Source: Prevotella sp.
GTDB lineage: Bacteria; Bacteroidota; Bacteroidia; Bacteroidales; Dysgonomonadaceae
DNA length: 64,000 nucleotides
Direction: 5' to 3'
Assembly (NCBI GenBank): GCA_031285625.1
Contig: JAITVV010000053.1
Coordinates: forward strand, 35,180-99,179
Shown here: positions 37,676 to 47,614 of the stretch, one piece after another
Numbering within the stretch: position 1 is the stretch's first letter
Layout: each line of letters opens with the position of its first letter
Made by a program: the position numbers and the translations under genes
The notes under the pieces: model-generated
Seen by the model: the letters and a program-made list of their open reading frames with translations, nothing else
Told to the model about the DNA's origin: nothing
The model's database searches: none

Positions 37676-39928
37676 ATGAAAAGAATACAAATCATTATAT
37701 TTACCCTGATTGGGTGTCTAGGATTCATAAACACAATCTCTGCCAAAGATCGGCTACCCGCGGATGTTCTCAGGCAGTTGAATCAATATAATGTAACATG
37801 GAATACGCTGAGTACGACAGGCTCAATGGAATCCATGCCTTTGGGCAATGGCGACCTTACCGCTAATGTCTGGGTAGAAAAAGGCGGCGACCTGATGTTC
37901 TATATCGGTAAGTCGGATACATGGAGCGAAGCCACGCGGCTGCTCAAAGTGGGCAGGGTAAGAATAAGCCTTTCCCCGAATCCGTTTACAGAGGATACAC
38001 ATTATGTGCAGAAGCTCAACCTGCATAAGGGGGAAATAAATATCTCGGCAGGTGAAAAAGGAAATAAGGTTAATCTCAAAATATGGATAGATGCCAACGA
38101 GCCTGTGGTGCGGGTTGAGGCGACTTCCGACAAGAATATTTCTATTGCCTGTACTACCGAACTAATGCGTCCGAAGCCGTTTACACTGCCATCGTCAGAC
38201 CATCCGCTGGCATCCAGTTTCAGGGGATTGATGGATAGCCCTGTCAGGCCTTCCGAAAGTGCTGATGTACTGATGAAAAAGCCGGACAGGATACAGTGGT
38301 ATCACCGCAACGAAAGTTCATTTTTTGAAACGATTCTGACAAAGCAGAATGTAAGCCAGCTTATCGGAAAATATCCAGACCCGTACCTTCACCGTACCTT
38401 TGGGGCTGCCATAAAGGGGAACGGGATGATTCCCCGGAATGACAGTACGCTCGTTTCTGAGAAAGAAGGAAAGCAGTTTACACTTTCCGTTTATGCCCTT
38501 ACAGCACAGACCCCTACAATAAACGGCTGGGATGAGCAACTTGAAGCCTGGATTTCTGCTATCGAAAAGAACAAGATTGACATTGCCCGGAACAATCATT
38601 ATGCATGGTGGGACGGATTCTGGGACAGAAGCTGGATATTCCTGACCGGGGACGCGGATGCCGAAAAGGTAACAAGAGCCTATCTGCTGCAACGTTTTAT
38701 GATGGCTTGCCAAAGCCGGGGCGCTTATCCGGTGAAGTTCAACGGGGGAAATCTTACATTCGATTATAAAGGGCAAAACGGCGATTACCGTACATGGGGG
38801 CCGGGATACTGGTATCAGAATTGCCGCCTCTATTACTGGCCGTTAGCGGCTTCGGGCGATTACGACCTGAAAATGCCGTGGTTTGATATGTACAAAAATA
38901 TGCTGGCGTTACAGACTGATGTTACAAAGATTTATTACGGGCACGATGGCGCTTTCTATCCCGAAACCCTGAACTTCTTCGGAATGTATATACAGGATGA
39001 CTGGGGGTGGAACAATCCGGGAAAGGCTTCGCAAACCAGATGGATACGTTACCATTATTCCGGTACACTGGAAATGTTGTCCGAAATGCTCGATTATTAT
39101 GACTATACGCGTGATGAAGCTTTTGCAAGGGAGTATATTGTTCCGTTTGCCACACAAGTTATCCGATTCTTTGACCAGCATTGGCCGCGTATCAATCATA
39201 CAATAAACTTTATCCCTGCCAATGCGCTTGAGCAGTTCTGGGACTGCCTCAACCCTGTTGATTATATTGCAGGGCTGAAATATACCATTACAAAACTGAA
39301 CGCCATGCCGGAAGGCTTTATAGATAAACCGCTTCTCGATGAGTGGAATAACTGTCTGCAATCTTTACCGCCTATACCAATGACAGGGGACAGGAAGAAA
39401 ATCCTTCCTGCAGAGGAATTCGGGCAACCGCGCAACTTTGAAAATCCGGAATGTTATGTTATTTTCCCGTTCAAGCTTTACGGACTCGAACGCCCTGATA
39501 TAGATGTGGCTATCAATACGTTCAACGACCGCATTTTCAAGCAAAGCAACTGCTGGACACAGGATGTGGTACAGGCTCCGCTTTTGGGGCTGACAGACGA
39601 ATCGAAACAATACCTGATGAAAAATATCAATTCATTGGAGCCGGATGTGCGTTTCCCTGCTTTCTGGAAACCGGGCAGCGATTATATCCCGGACTTTGAC
39701 AATGGTGGGGCTTTTGCCATCGGCTTACAGAATATGATGTTGCAGAATGTTGACGAAAAGATTCTGGTATTGCCTGCATTCCCCGAATCGTGGAATGTCG
39801 ATTTTAAGTTGCATGCTTTTGGCAATACGACTGTGCGTGTTGTAAGCAAAGGGACTGCTGTATCGAAAATGGATGTTCTCCCGGCTTCGCGGAAAAATGA
39901 TATTGTATATAAAGAGAATATAAAATAA
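37676..39928 (+). CDS. DUF5703 / GH95-like (alpha/alpha)6 putative glycoside hydrolase
   Basis: YNVTW...SMPLGNGD.ANVWVE, PVKFNGG, YWYQN.R..YWP and NPE; signal peptide. Confidence 0.7.
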   Translation: MKRIQIIIFTLIGCLGFINTISAKDRLPADVLRQLNQYNVTWNTLSTTGSMESMPLGNGDLTANVWVEKGGDLMFYIGKSDTWSEATRLLKVGRVRISLSPNPFTEDTHYVQKLNLHKGEINISAGEKGNKVNLKIWIDANEPVVRVEATSDKNISIACTTELMRPKPFTLPSSDHPLASSFRGLMDSPVRPSESADVLMKKPDRIQWYHRNESSFFETILTKQNVSQLIGKYPDPYLHRTFGAAIKGNGMIPRNDSTLVSEKEGKQFTLSVYALTAQTPTINGWDEQLEAWISAIEKNKIDIARNNHYAWWDGFWDRSWIFLTGDADAEKVTRAYLLQRFMMACQSRGAYPVKFNGGNLTFDYKGQNGDYRTWGPGYWYQNCRLYYWPLAASGDYDLKMPWFDMYKNMLALQTDVTKIYYGHDGAFYPETLNFFGMYIQDDWGWNNPGKASQTRWIRYHYSGTLEMLSEMLDYYDYTRDEAFAREYIVPFATQVIRFFDQHWPRINHTINFIPANALEQFWDCLNPVDYIAGLKYTITKLNAMPEGFIDKPLLDEWNNCLQSLPPIPMTGDRKKILPAEEFGQPRNFENPECYVIFPFKLYGLERPDIDVAINTFNDRIFKQSNCWTQDVVQAPLLGLTDESKQYLMKNINSLEPDVRFPAFWKPGSDYIPDFDNGGAFAIGLQNMMLQNVDEKILVLPAFPESWNVDFKLHAFGNTTVRVVSKGTAVSKMDVLPASRKNDIVYKENIK

Positions 39929-39934
39929 CAGATT

Positions 39935-41209
39935 ATGAAAAACATTATAGTAGTTTTAGTCTTGTGTACCTTTGTTTTTTGTGATAGGTCTCTTGCCGCC
40001 GAAGGTCAACTCATGGCGGGAACGGCAAAGATAAATATCACTCCCAAAAATGTACTTCCGCTTCACGACTCGGTGTTTGCACGGGCTCTTGTGCTGGAAG
40101 TGGGTGATTTACGCATTGCGCAGGTATCAGTCGATTTAGTAAATTTTGCAAGTCAACGAGTTGTAGATGTTTGTAAGGAAAAATATGGTATCTCGCAGGT
40201 GCTTATCAGCGCTTCGCATTCACACGAGTGCCCTATTGCGTTGGCTATGTTCGATCGCAGCAAAACGTATCCTTCAAATACCACTTACTTCGAAGACCGC
40301 ATCATTCAAATTGTGGGCGAAGCTGTAAACAGCATGTTCCCGGCACGTATCTCGGCAGGAAATCGTTCTTTTCCCCAATTGGGATTCAATCGCCTGATAA
40401 TTCGTGAAGACGGGCGTGCCCGTGAGTCTTGGATAGGTGACGAACACTATAATGTAGAAAATCCAGAGCGGATACCTTTCGGCCCTGTAGACCCCGAAGT
40501 AGGCGTAATCAAAATAGAAGACATGAACGGCAATGCACGTGCCATCGTGATGAGTTATGCTATGCATGCAGATATAGCCTGCTTCAGCCACGAAATATCA
40601 GCCGATTATCCGGGTGTGGCCTCACGAAAGGTGGAAGAAGCGTTTGACAACAAAGCTATTTGCCTTTTTGTAGCCGGAGGCGGTGGTAATGTGGAGTCAC
40701 TGATGATCAGCCGTCGCCGTACAGGACCGGACGATCCTGTCAGAACAGACTATACTCCGGTAAACCGTACCGGTGAATTACTGGCCTTTGAGGTCATCAA
40801 ACAGGCTAAACAGCTTCGTGCCGGTAGTGACCAAACATCGATGAAGATGCGTACCGATTCGTTACAGTTTTCATCCCGCGAGAATAAGGCACAGTCATTC
40901 AGTGTGCATATTGCTACAATCCTTATCAACGACATTGTGATAGCTGTTTGTCCGGGTGAAATGTTTGTACAGCTTCAGCTCGAATGGAAAGAAAAAGCCA
41001 GGCTGGCCGATGTCACACCATTATTTTTTGGCTATACATGGACTAAAGGCCGGTCGCCGGGATATGTCGCCGATGTGCGTTCGGCAGCACTGGGCGGCTA
41101 TGGAGCCGAAGGAGGAAACCGCATACAGGTGGGCGCCGGTGAAGCTATTATAAACAAGCATTTGGAAAACCTCTATATTCTGAATGGGCTGATGAACAAA
41201 TATCCATAA
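39935..41209 (+). CDS. Neutral/alkaline ceramidase-like metal-dependent amidohydrolase, secreted
   Basis: AGTAKINITP, ARALVL, ASHSH (HxH), YAMH, ISADYPG and PGEMF. Confidence 0.7.
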   Translation: MKNIIVVLVLCTFVFCDRSLAAEGQLMAGTAKINITPKNVLPLHDSVFARALVLEVGDLRIAQVSVDLVNFASQRVVDVCKEKYGISQVLISASHSHECPIALAMFDRSKTYPSNTTYFEDRIIQIVGEAVNSMFPARISAGNRSFPQLGFNRLIIREDGRARESWIGDEHYNVENPERIPFGPVDPEVGVIKIEDMNGNARAIVMSYAMHADIACFSHEISADYPGVASRKVEEAFDNKAICLFVAGGGGNVESLMISRRRTGPDDPVRTDYTPVNRTGELLAFEVIKQAKQLRAGSDQTSMKMRTDSLQFSSRENKAQSFSVHIATILINDIVIAVCPGEMFVQLQLEWKEKARLADVTPLFFGYTWTKGRSPGYVADVRSAALGGYGAEGGNRIQVGAGEAIINKHLENLYILNGLMNKYP

Positions 41210-41216
41210 CAAATAA

Positions 41217-41266
41217 TTAGCCTATAGCCATTAGCAAGATTTATCTTGCTAATGGCTATAGGCTAA
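41217..41266. repeat. Perfect 24-bp-arm palindrome built from short repeats
   Basis: ttagcctatagccattagcaagat-tt-atcttgctaatggctataggctaa. Confidence 0.85.
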
Positions 41267-41284
41267 AAGCTTAGAAAAATAATT

Positions 41285-44200
41285 ATGAAAAAATATCTTA
41301 TAACATTTATACTTACCCTGTCTGTACTTTTTGCATGCGCTCAAACTACAGATAGAATAAACTATCCCTATCCTTTCAATCCTGTAAAAGGATTGGTGAA
41401 TGATACCGAAAAACCTTTCCGGCAGGAGATATGCCTCAATGGAAAATGGGATTTTATGCCCATATATAATGCAAAAGCAGCAGATTTTAAATTACCTGCT
41501 TCTTTCAAAAAAGAGAGTACTTCTATAAAAATCCCTTCACCGTGGAATGTAAATAATTTTACGGATGGACAAGGAGGAGACTTTATTGCTTATCCGAGCT
41601 ACCCTAAGGAGTGGGAAAAAGCTAAAATAGGCTGGATGCGAAAGAGTGTTTCTGTGCCTTCCGGCTGGAACGGGAAGCAGATAATTCTCCACTTTGAGGG
41701 AGTGATGGGCAAAACACTGGTATATGTAAACGGTGAAAAAGTAGCTGAAAATTTCGAACTGTTCCTTCCTTTTGAAGTAGATGTAACCCGCTATATGAAA
41801 GCCGGACAGGAAAACGAAATACTTGTAGGTGTGGCCAAAGGCGACTTGTTCGATGCCCGCGGAAAATACGGACGCCGTACTTATGTAGGAGGTTCGATGT
41901 GGGGTATAGAGATGGCCGGTATATGGCAGGACGTGTATTTGTTTGCTTACAATCAGGTGTATGTACAGGATGTATTTATCAAACCTGATGTACAGAATAA
42001 GAAACTGAAAATAGAACTGGAAATAAATAATACCACTGCTCAGAAAAGATCAGTTAATATAGATACCGAAGTAAAGAAATGGTATAATCTAGCAGGACGT
42101 ACTGTCAACGAAAGTCCTGAAGAAAAAAGCGAACTGGCAGGACAAGCCTCTCTTGTTTTCCCTCAAGAAAAGAAAGTTTCGTTACCAGCCAATACAGTTA
42201 CAAAGGTGGTAATAGAAAAGGCTGTTTCCGGCGAACTGGTATACTGGACACCGGAAACTCCGAATCTGTACGGCGCGGTTATCTCCCTGAAAGAAAACAA
42301 TGCAATTACAGATAAAAAATACGAACGTTTCGGATGGCGGCAATTTACTATATTGGGCGACCGTCTGTTGCTGAATGGTAAAGAAATACACCTGAAAGGC
42401 GATTCGTGGCATTTTATGGGCGTGCCGCAGATGACACGCCGTTATCCGTGGGCATGGTTCAGTATGTTGAAAGATGCGAATGCGAATGCCGTACGTTTCC
42501 ATGCGCAGCCTTTCCCGCGTTTCTACCTCGATGTAGCGGACGAAATGGGTATCTGTGTATTGGACGAAACAGGTATCTGGTCGAGCGATGGCGGCCCGAA
42601 AATCGATAGTGACGATTATTGGGAAAGCTGTGCCGAACATCTTCGCCGTCTGATTAAAAGGGATAAAAACCATGCTTCGGTATTTGGATGGAGTGTGTGT
42701 AACGAGACTGTTCCTGTTGCAGTGCATGTATTCAAAGCACCGGAAGAACTGGTGCAGAAGCAACTGGATGAAATAAACCGCTGGGTAAAAATCACTTCTG
42801 AGCTTGACCCTACACGCCCGTGGATATCGGGTGATGGAGAAACAGACCGCCCTACCAACCTGCCTACAATCATCGGGCACTATGGAGGTATGGACGGCAT
42901 GAAAAAATGGTCGTCGGAAGGTAAACCGTGGGGAATAGGTGAGCAAAGTATGGCCTATTACGGTACGCCTAAACAAGCGTCGGAATATAATGGAAACCGT
43001 GCTTATGAGAGCATGCTGGGACGTATGGAAGGCGTTGCTATCGAAAGCTACGACCTGATAAAGACACAACGCGAACTGAACGCTTCTTATAGCTGTATCT
43101 TCAATCTGGCATGGTATGCCCTGCAACCGCTTAACCTGGGTCTGAAAGATACAAGCCGTGCACCTCTTGCCACAGATGGAATATTCTTCGGTTTTGAAGA
43201 AGGTGCCTATGGTATGCAGCCCGAAAGGCTTGGCCCATATACCACTACACTCAATCCGGGATACGATGCTTCTTTACCGCTCTATCGTACATGGCCTTTG
43301 TTCGATGCTGTGCGCAATGCCAATGCAACGCCTGTATTACCCTATAGTGGTAAAGTTACCGATAAGCCGAAAATACAAAAAACCGTTACGCCAGCCGATG
43401 CTATTTACTTGTATGCGCCTGCCAATTCAGGACTAAAGGAACAATTAGAAAATCTGGGACTGAAAATACTGACTGATGGAAAAGTGACAGCCGGCAGCCT
43501 TGTTATAATAGATGGAAATACCCTGCCTGAAAATAACAGCACTCAATCAGCCAAAATAAAGAAGGCGATAGATGCCGGAGCGCGTATCTTCATCATGGGA
43601 GTAACCCCTCAGACAAAAGATTTTGTAAATACACTGTTGCCTTATCCTGTTTCGCTGGAAGAAAGAAAAGCTACTTCTTTTATCAAACAGGGAAGTTCTT
43701 TGCTGTTGCAAGGTTTACAGAATGCTGACTTCTATTTCTCCGAACTTATCCCAAGGGGTAAAACAGCTATGAATTATGGTCTGGCAGGAGACTTTGTAAT
43801 GAAATCCGATATATTGTTGAAGGCGTGTAATGCAGACTGGCAACGCTGGAACTATCAGGCGGAAACCTCCAAAACAGGAAACGTTTTCCGTAGCGAACAA
43901 GAGGCAAAAGGCGCCGATGTTGTAATCGCATCGATAAAAGCTGGTAAAGCAGAAATTATACTTTCTACGCTCGACCTGTCGGGAATAACATTGGAGACAC
44001 AGCCCTTACTGACCAGGATGCTATCTAATATGGGAGCTGTGATATCGAATGATAATATAAAGACTATGCAGGCTCTGGATGCAAAGGCTCAATTACAAAG
44101 AGCACTGGTTCTGGGCCCGTTGAGTAAAAATTCGCAGCCAACAGAAAGCCTTCTGTCTACCGACTTTATAAATGGAGAGTCGGCAATAGAGCCTCAACTG

Positions 44201-44611
44201 AATACGGTTTCTGATAAACAGTCGTGGAAAGTAATAACAGCCGAGAAAGACATATTCAGTCTTTCAAAACCCGAGAGAGACAGAGTTCCGGTCGCTTACA
44301 TGAGTTTCTGGGTATATAGTCCGCGCTCATTGAGCAACCTGCTCGCCGAACCCGATATGCCAAGTCTGGATATGTATATAAGTGTGGATGGAGGTTTTGC
44401 TTTCTATCTGAACAAAAATAAGGTGACTTCGCAGGAAATATCAGGTGAAAAAGAGGTGAAAGTGTCTAATGTGATGCTGGATAAGGGCTGGAACCATGTA
44501 ATTATAAAACTGGTGAATCCTCAAAACAATTCCCAGTTGAAGACGAATATTCGTTTCGAGTCTGCGGATAAGAATTTTATGAAACAGATTCTATCCTCTG
44601 TGGTGAGGTGA
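41285..44611 (+). CDS. GH2-family glycoside hydrolase with C-terminal extension
   Basis: LNGKWDF, LHFEGV, GIWQDV, WTPETPNLY, RFGWR and WSVCNE (acid/base). Confidence 0.85.
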   Translation: MKKYLITFILTLSVLFACAQTTDRINYPYPFNPVKGLVNDTEKPFRQEICLNGKWDFMPIYNAKAADFKLPASFKKESTSIKIPSPWNVNNFTDGQGGDFIAYPSYPKEWEKAKIGWMRKSVSVPSGWNGKQIILHFEGVMGKTLVYVNGEKVAENFELFLPFEVDVTRYMKAGQENEILVGVAKGDLFDARGKYGRRTYVGGSMWGIEMAGIWQDVYLFAYNQVYVQDVFIKPDVQNKKLKIELEINNTTAQKRSVNIDTEVKKWYNLAGRTVNESPEEKSELAGQASLVFPQEKKVSLPANTVTKVVIEKAVSGELVYWTPETPNLYGAVISLKENNAITDKKYERFGWRQFTILGDRLLLNGKEIHLKGDSWHFMGVPQMTRRYPWAWFSMLKDANANAVRFHAQPFPRFYLDVADEMGICVLDETGIWSSDGGPKIDSDDYWESCAEHLRRLIKRDKNHASVFGWSVCNETVPVAVHVFKAPEELVQKQLDEINRWVKITSELDPTRPWISGDGETDRPTNLPTIIGHYGGMDGMKKWSSEGKPWGIGEQSMAYYGTPKQASEYNGNRAYESMLGRMEGVAIESYDLIKTQRELNASYSCIFNLAWYALQPLNLGLKDTSRAPLATDGIFFGFEEGAYGMQPERLGPYTTTLNPGYDASLPLYRTWPLFDAVRNANATPVLPYSGKVTDKPKIQKTVTPADAIYLYAPANSGLKEQLENLGLKILTDGKVTAGSLVIIDGNTLPENNSTQSAKIKKAIDAGARIFIMGVTPQTKDFVNTLLPYPVSLEERKATSFIKQGSSLLLQGLQNADFYFSELIPRGKTAMNYGLAGDFVMKSDILLKACNADWQRWNYQAETSKTGNVFRSEQEAKGADVVIASIKAGKAEIILSTLDLSGITLETQPLLTRMLSNMGAVISNDNIKTMQALDAKAQLQRALVLGPLSKNSQPTESLLSTDFINGESAIEPQLNTVSDKQSWKVITAEKDIFSLSKPERDRVPVAYMSFWVYSPRSLSNLLAEPDMPSLDMYISVDGGFAFYLNKNKVTSQEISGEKEVKVSNVMLDKGWNHVIIKLVNPQNNSQLKTNIRFESADKNFMKQILSSVVR

Positions 44612-44635
44612 TTTAGGTAGACTTTAGTGATTGTG

Positions 44636-44668
44636 AAACGGCTGATTCCTAAAAATCAGCCGTTTTTG
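44636..44668. terminator. Terminator between convergent GH2 and NTF2 genes
   Basis: aaacggctgatt-cctaaa-aatcagccgttt followed by a T tract. Confidence 0.75.
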
Positions 44669-44681
44669 TTTGTACTGATTT

Positions 44682-45155
44682 TCATTCATAAAATGAATAA
44701 TGCTGCGCTACAGCGTACCATCTGCCATTTTCGTAAATCAATGTGTACATATCTTTACAACGAAAACTCTGAATATCTCCATCCTGTGTTTTTATCTTTA
44801 AGTCATTGTAATAAGTCACAATCGCTGTTTTATTATCATTGTATAACTGTACCAGAGGTTCGGTTTCTTCCATACTGATGGTCTCCGCATATTGGGTATA
44901 TTTCCTGTACGATTGCAGAATAGAATCTTTGCCTACCAGCCGTTCTTTTCTATCCGGATAAAATATAACCATTTCATTATGAAGGCACAAAGCCAGGCTG
45001 TCCATATTTTCTGTAATAGCCCAATGCCGGTTAATCTCTTTTACTGTATTCCATACTTCCAGATTTGTTCTATCAATAAAGTTTACCTCCTTGTAATCAT
45101 TGTATTGGGTAAAGCCGGAAAATATGGAAAGAGTAAAAATAAAAATAACTTTCAT
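44682..45155 (-). CDS. NTF2-like (SnoaL/DUF4440) protein
   Basis: Helix then TAIVTY...GRWYAVAQHYS pattern; start abuts the upstream gene's stop. Confidence 0.7.
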   Translation of the reverse strand: MKVIFIFTLSIFSGFTQYNDYKEVNFIDRTNLEVWNTVKEINRHWAITENMDSLALCLHNEMVIFYPDRKERLVGKDSILQSYRKYTQYAETISMEETEPLVQLYNDNKTAIVTYYNDLKIKTQDGDIQSFRCKDMYTLIYENGRWYAVAQHYSFYE

Positions 45156-45545
45156 TTATCCCAGAGGCTTGATTAACGACCAATGATTATGCACTATTTT
45201 CCATTGATTATCACTTATTAACTGGTATACTTCCGTACAATTCCATTTATAAACATCATCACCTGAATAAGATATCAGGTTATAAGTCAGTACAGCCGTA
45301 CTTTGAGATAATTGTACAACCGGATTTATCATTTCGTATCGTTCTACAGAGCCTTTACCTCTCAGGCTTTCATACAATTCTTTTATCTTTTCAAAACCGT
45401 CGAGCCTTCTTTCCTGAAACGGATCAAAGTATGTAAAGTCAGGAGAATAAATGTCAAGGTAACCGTCCGGATTCCCTTTGTTCCACTTCTCTAATGCAGC
45501 TATCTCCATTTCAATAATTTGCTTTTTGATACTTTCTTTGTCCAT
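45156..45545 (-). CDS. NTF2-like (SnoaL/DUF4440) protein
   Basis: DFTYFDP, TAVLTY, WNCTEVY and WKIVHNHWS. Confidence 0.8.
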   Translation of the reverse strand: MDKESIKKQIIEMEIAALEKWNKGNPDGYLDIYSPDFTYFDPFQERRLDGFEKIKELYESLRGKGSVERYEMINPVVQLSQSTAVLTYNLISYSGDDVYKWNCTEVYQLISDNQWKIVHNHWSLIKPLG

Positions 45546-45580
45546 ATTTTTAATTATAAATTGTAATTTACACTACTCTC

Positions 45581-45652
45581 TTGTCATTCTGAGTGTAACG
45601 AAGAATCCCGACCTTTAAGAAATGAGATTCTTCGCTACACTCAGAATGACAA
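45581..45652. repeat. REP-like doublet 10
   Basis: ttgtcATTCTgagtgtaacgaAGAATccc ... gagATTCTtcgctacactcAGAATgacaa. Confidence 0.9.
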
Positions 45653-45724
45653 ATATTCCATAAGCAAAAATAGGATGAATCAGATATTCATACAGAATAC
45701 AAACTATGGAGAAAATAGCACTTT

Positions 45725-46594
45725 TCAACGTTTTGTGCTATTTCTGTATTGCAGGGGAGTATAACCTGTGTGTCTTCGGAAGGAACGGATAAAGTAAGAT
45801 GAGGAATCGAAGTTGAGATTTTCGGCAATTTCAGATATGGAGAGGCTGGTATAAGCCAGCAACCTTTTTGCTTCCGAAAGTATCTTATTCTGTATATATA
45901 GTTTTGCATTTACACTTGTTGCTTTTTTAACTATCTCATTCAGGTAATTAGGTGTAATGCATAACTTATCAGCATAATACCCCGTATCGTGATGCTGCTT
46001 AAAGTCTTTGTTCACTAACTCTATAAATGAATTTACGTGCCTGTTTGTTATTTTTTCTGTCCCTTTTCTATTCGTGTTTTGTTTCCTGTATTCACGGTCG
46101 AGCAGCATTAGTATTTCGTATAGCAAGGCTCTGAGTATATGCTTGTCTTTAGATTCATAGTTGTTTATCTCTGCAGTGATATTCTGAAGAAGGTAATCGG
46201 TACGCTGTTTTATTTCAGAAATATTTATTACTGGTGTTTCCCGTTCGGCACTGAAATAAGATAAGTTCTGAATAAACCGGGAATCATTGAAAAAGGAGAG
46301 CAGGAATTCTTCTTCGAAAATGAGAGCAAGTCCATCGAGATTACTGCTTTCTGTTTCCCATGCCCGCACTTGTCCGGGTTTTGAGAAGATTACATCGTTT
46401 GTCTGTAATTCATAACATTTGTTGTCTATACTAAATGTTGCAGTGCTTTTTATAAATGTAATATCGAAATAAGACAATGTATGTACAGGATCTTTGTGTA
46501 TATACTTTTGTATATCTTTTAATTTGACGATATCGATAAGAAGTTCTTCACCGTATTTCGTCTTATGAAAGTAATATTGTGGTATAGATTTCAT
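45725..46594 (-). CDS. AraC-family transcriptional regulator
   Basis: YADKLCITPNYLN...EIAENLNF.SSSYFIRSFRRHTGYTPLQYR. Confidence 0.93.
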   Translation of the reverse strand: MKSIPQYYFHKTKYGEELLIDIVKLKDIQKYIHKDPVHTLSYFDITFIKSTATFSIDNKCYELQTNDVIFSKPGQVRAWETESSNLDGLALIFEEEFLLSFFNDSRFIQNLSYFSAERETPVINISEIKQRTDYLLQNITAEINNYESKDKHILRALLYEILMLLDREYRKQNTNRKGTEKITNRHVNSFIELVNKDFKQHHDTGYYADKLCITPNYLNEIVKKATSVNAKLYIQNKILSEAKRLLAYTSLSISEIAENLNFDSSSYFIRSFRRHTGYTPLQYRNSTKR

Positions 46595-46742
46595 CTAAAT
46601 AATATGATGTACAAATCTAATAAAAAACACACTAAAAGATTCGTTTATAAAATTAATGATACTTTTACAAATTGTCATTTTTTTCTTTTCAAGAAAATCT
46701 TTATCTTCGAAGCTTATACTATCTAGCGAATATCTGATACAC

Positions 46743-47504
46743 ATGAATATTATCTTACTACAAACTGATATAGCATGGCAGGAACCTGAAAAGAACAGGC
46801 TTCATGTGGAAGATCTTATAGATCCTTTGCCGGATAATACCGATCTTATCGTCCTTCCGGAGATGTTTACTACCGGATTTTGTACCTCTCCAAAAGGTGT
46901 AGCTGAAAAAGCAGATACCGACACGCTTATATGGATGCAATCCGTAGCCTTGAGGCGAAATATGGCTCTGGCCGGAAGTGTGGCTACCGAAGAAGATGGA
47001 AAGTATTATAATCGCTTTTATTTTGTAAAGCCGGATGGAAGCTATGTTACTTATAATAAAAGGCATCTGTTTACCTATGCCGGAGAAGATAAGGAATATG
47101 CTGCCGGAGGGGATAGGGTGATTGTGGAATACAACGGATTCAGAATCCTTTTACAGATTTGTTACGACCTGCGTTTCCCGGTTTATTCACGCAACCGTGG
47201 TGATTATGATATGATATTGTACATTGCCAGTTGGCCTACAGTACGCCTTTATGCATGGAATACACTGGTACGCGCACGCGCCATAGAAAACGTATGCTAT
47301 GTAGCAGCAGTAAACCGTACAGGTAACGACCCGGGTAATGAATATAGCGGAGGTACAGCATTATACGACTTTATGGGAAAACCGATTGCCGAAGTAGGCA
47401 CCGGAGAAGAAGCCGTAAGCGGCATTATCAGTATGCAGGAGCTAACCGATTTCAGAAAGAAATTCCCTGCATTGCAGGACGCAGATAAATTTGAACTAAT
47501 ATAA
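46743..47504 (+). CDS. Nitrilase-family amidohydrolase (omega-amidase, YafV-like)
   Basis: E-K-C triad in LPEMF, YNKRHLF and ICYDLRFP. Start moved to ATG 46743. Confidence 0.88.
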   Translation: MNIILLQTDIAWQEPEKNRLHVEDLIDPLPDNTDLIVLPEMFTTGFCTSPKGVAEKADTDTLIWMQSVALRRNMALAGSVATEEDGKYYNRFYFVKPDGSYVTYNKRHLFTYAGEDKEYAAGGDRVIVEYNGFRILLQICYDLRFPVYSRNRGDYDMILYIASWPTVRLYAWNTLVRARAIENVCYVAAVNRTGNDPGNEYSGGTALYDFMGKPIAEVGTGEEAVSGIISMQELTDFRKKFPALQDADKFELI

Positions 47505-47513
47505 TGATATATT

Positions 47514-47592
47514 CTCTTTGTCATGTTGAACGAAGTGAAACATCTCGACTCTCAAGAGACACGAGATCCTTCATTCCATTCAGGATGACAAA
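47514..47592. repeat. REP-like doublet 11
   Basis: ctctttgtcATGTTgaacgaagtgaAACATctc ... gagATCCTtcattccattcAGGATgacaaa. Confidence 0.9.
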
Positions 47593-47614
47593 TGTATCCA
47601 AACTAATATAATTA

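Noticed and set aside
42182-43126. 314-aa antisense ORF and the many other 60-200 aa shadow ORFs
   Set aside because: They lie opposite or out of frame within well-supported genes and show no recognisable motifs.
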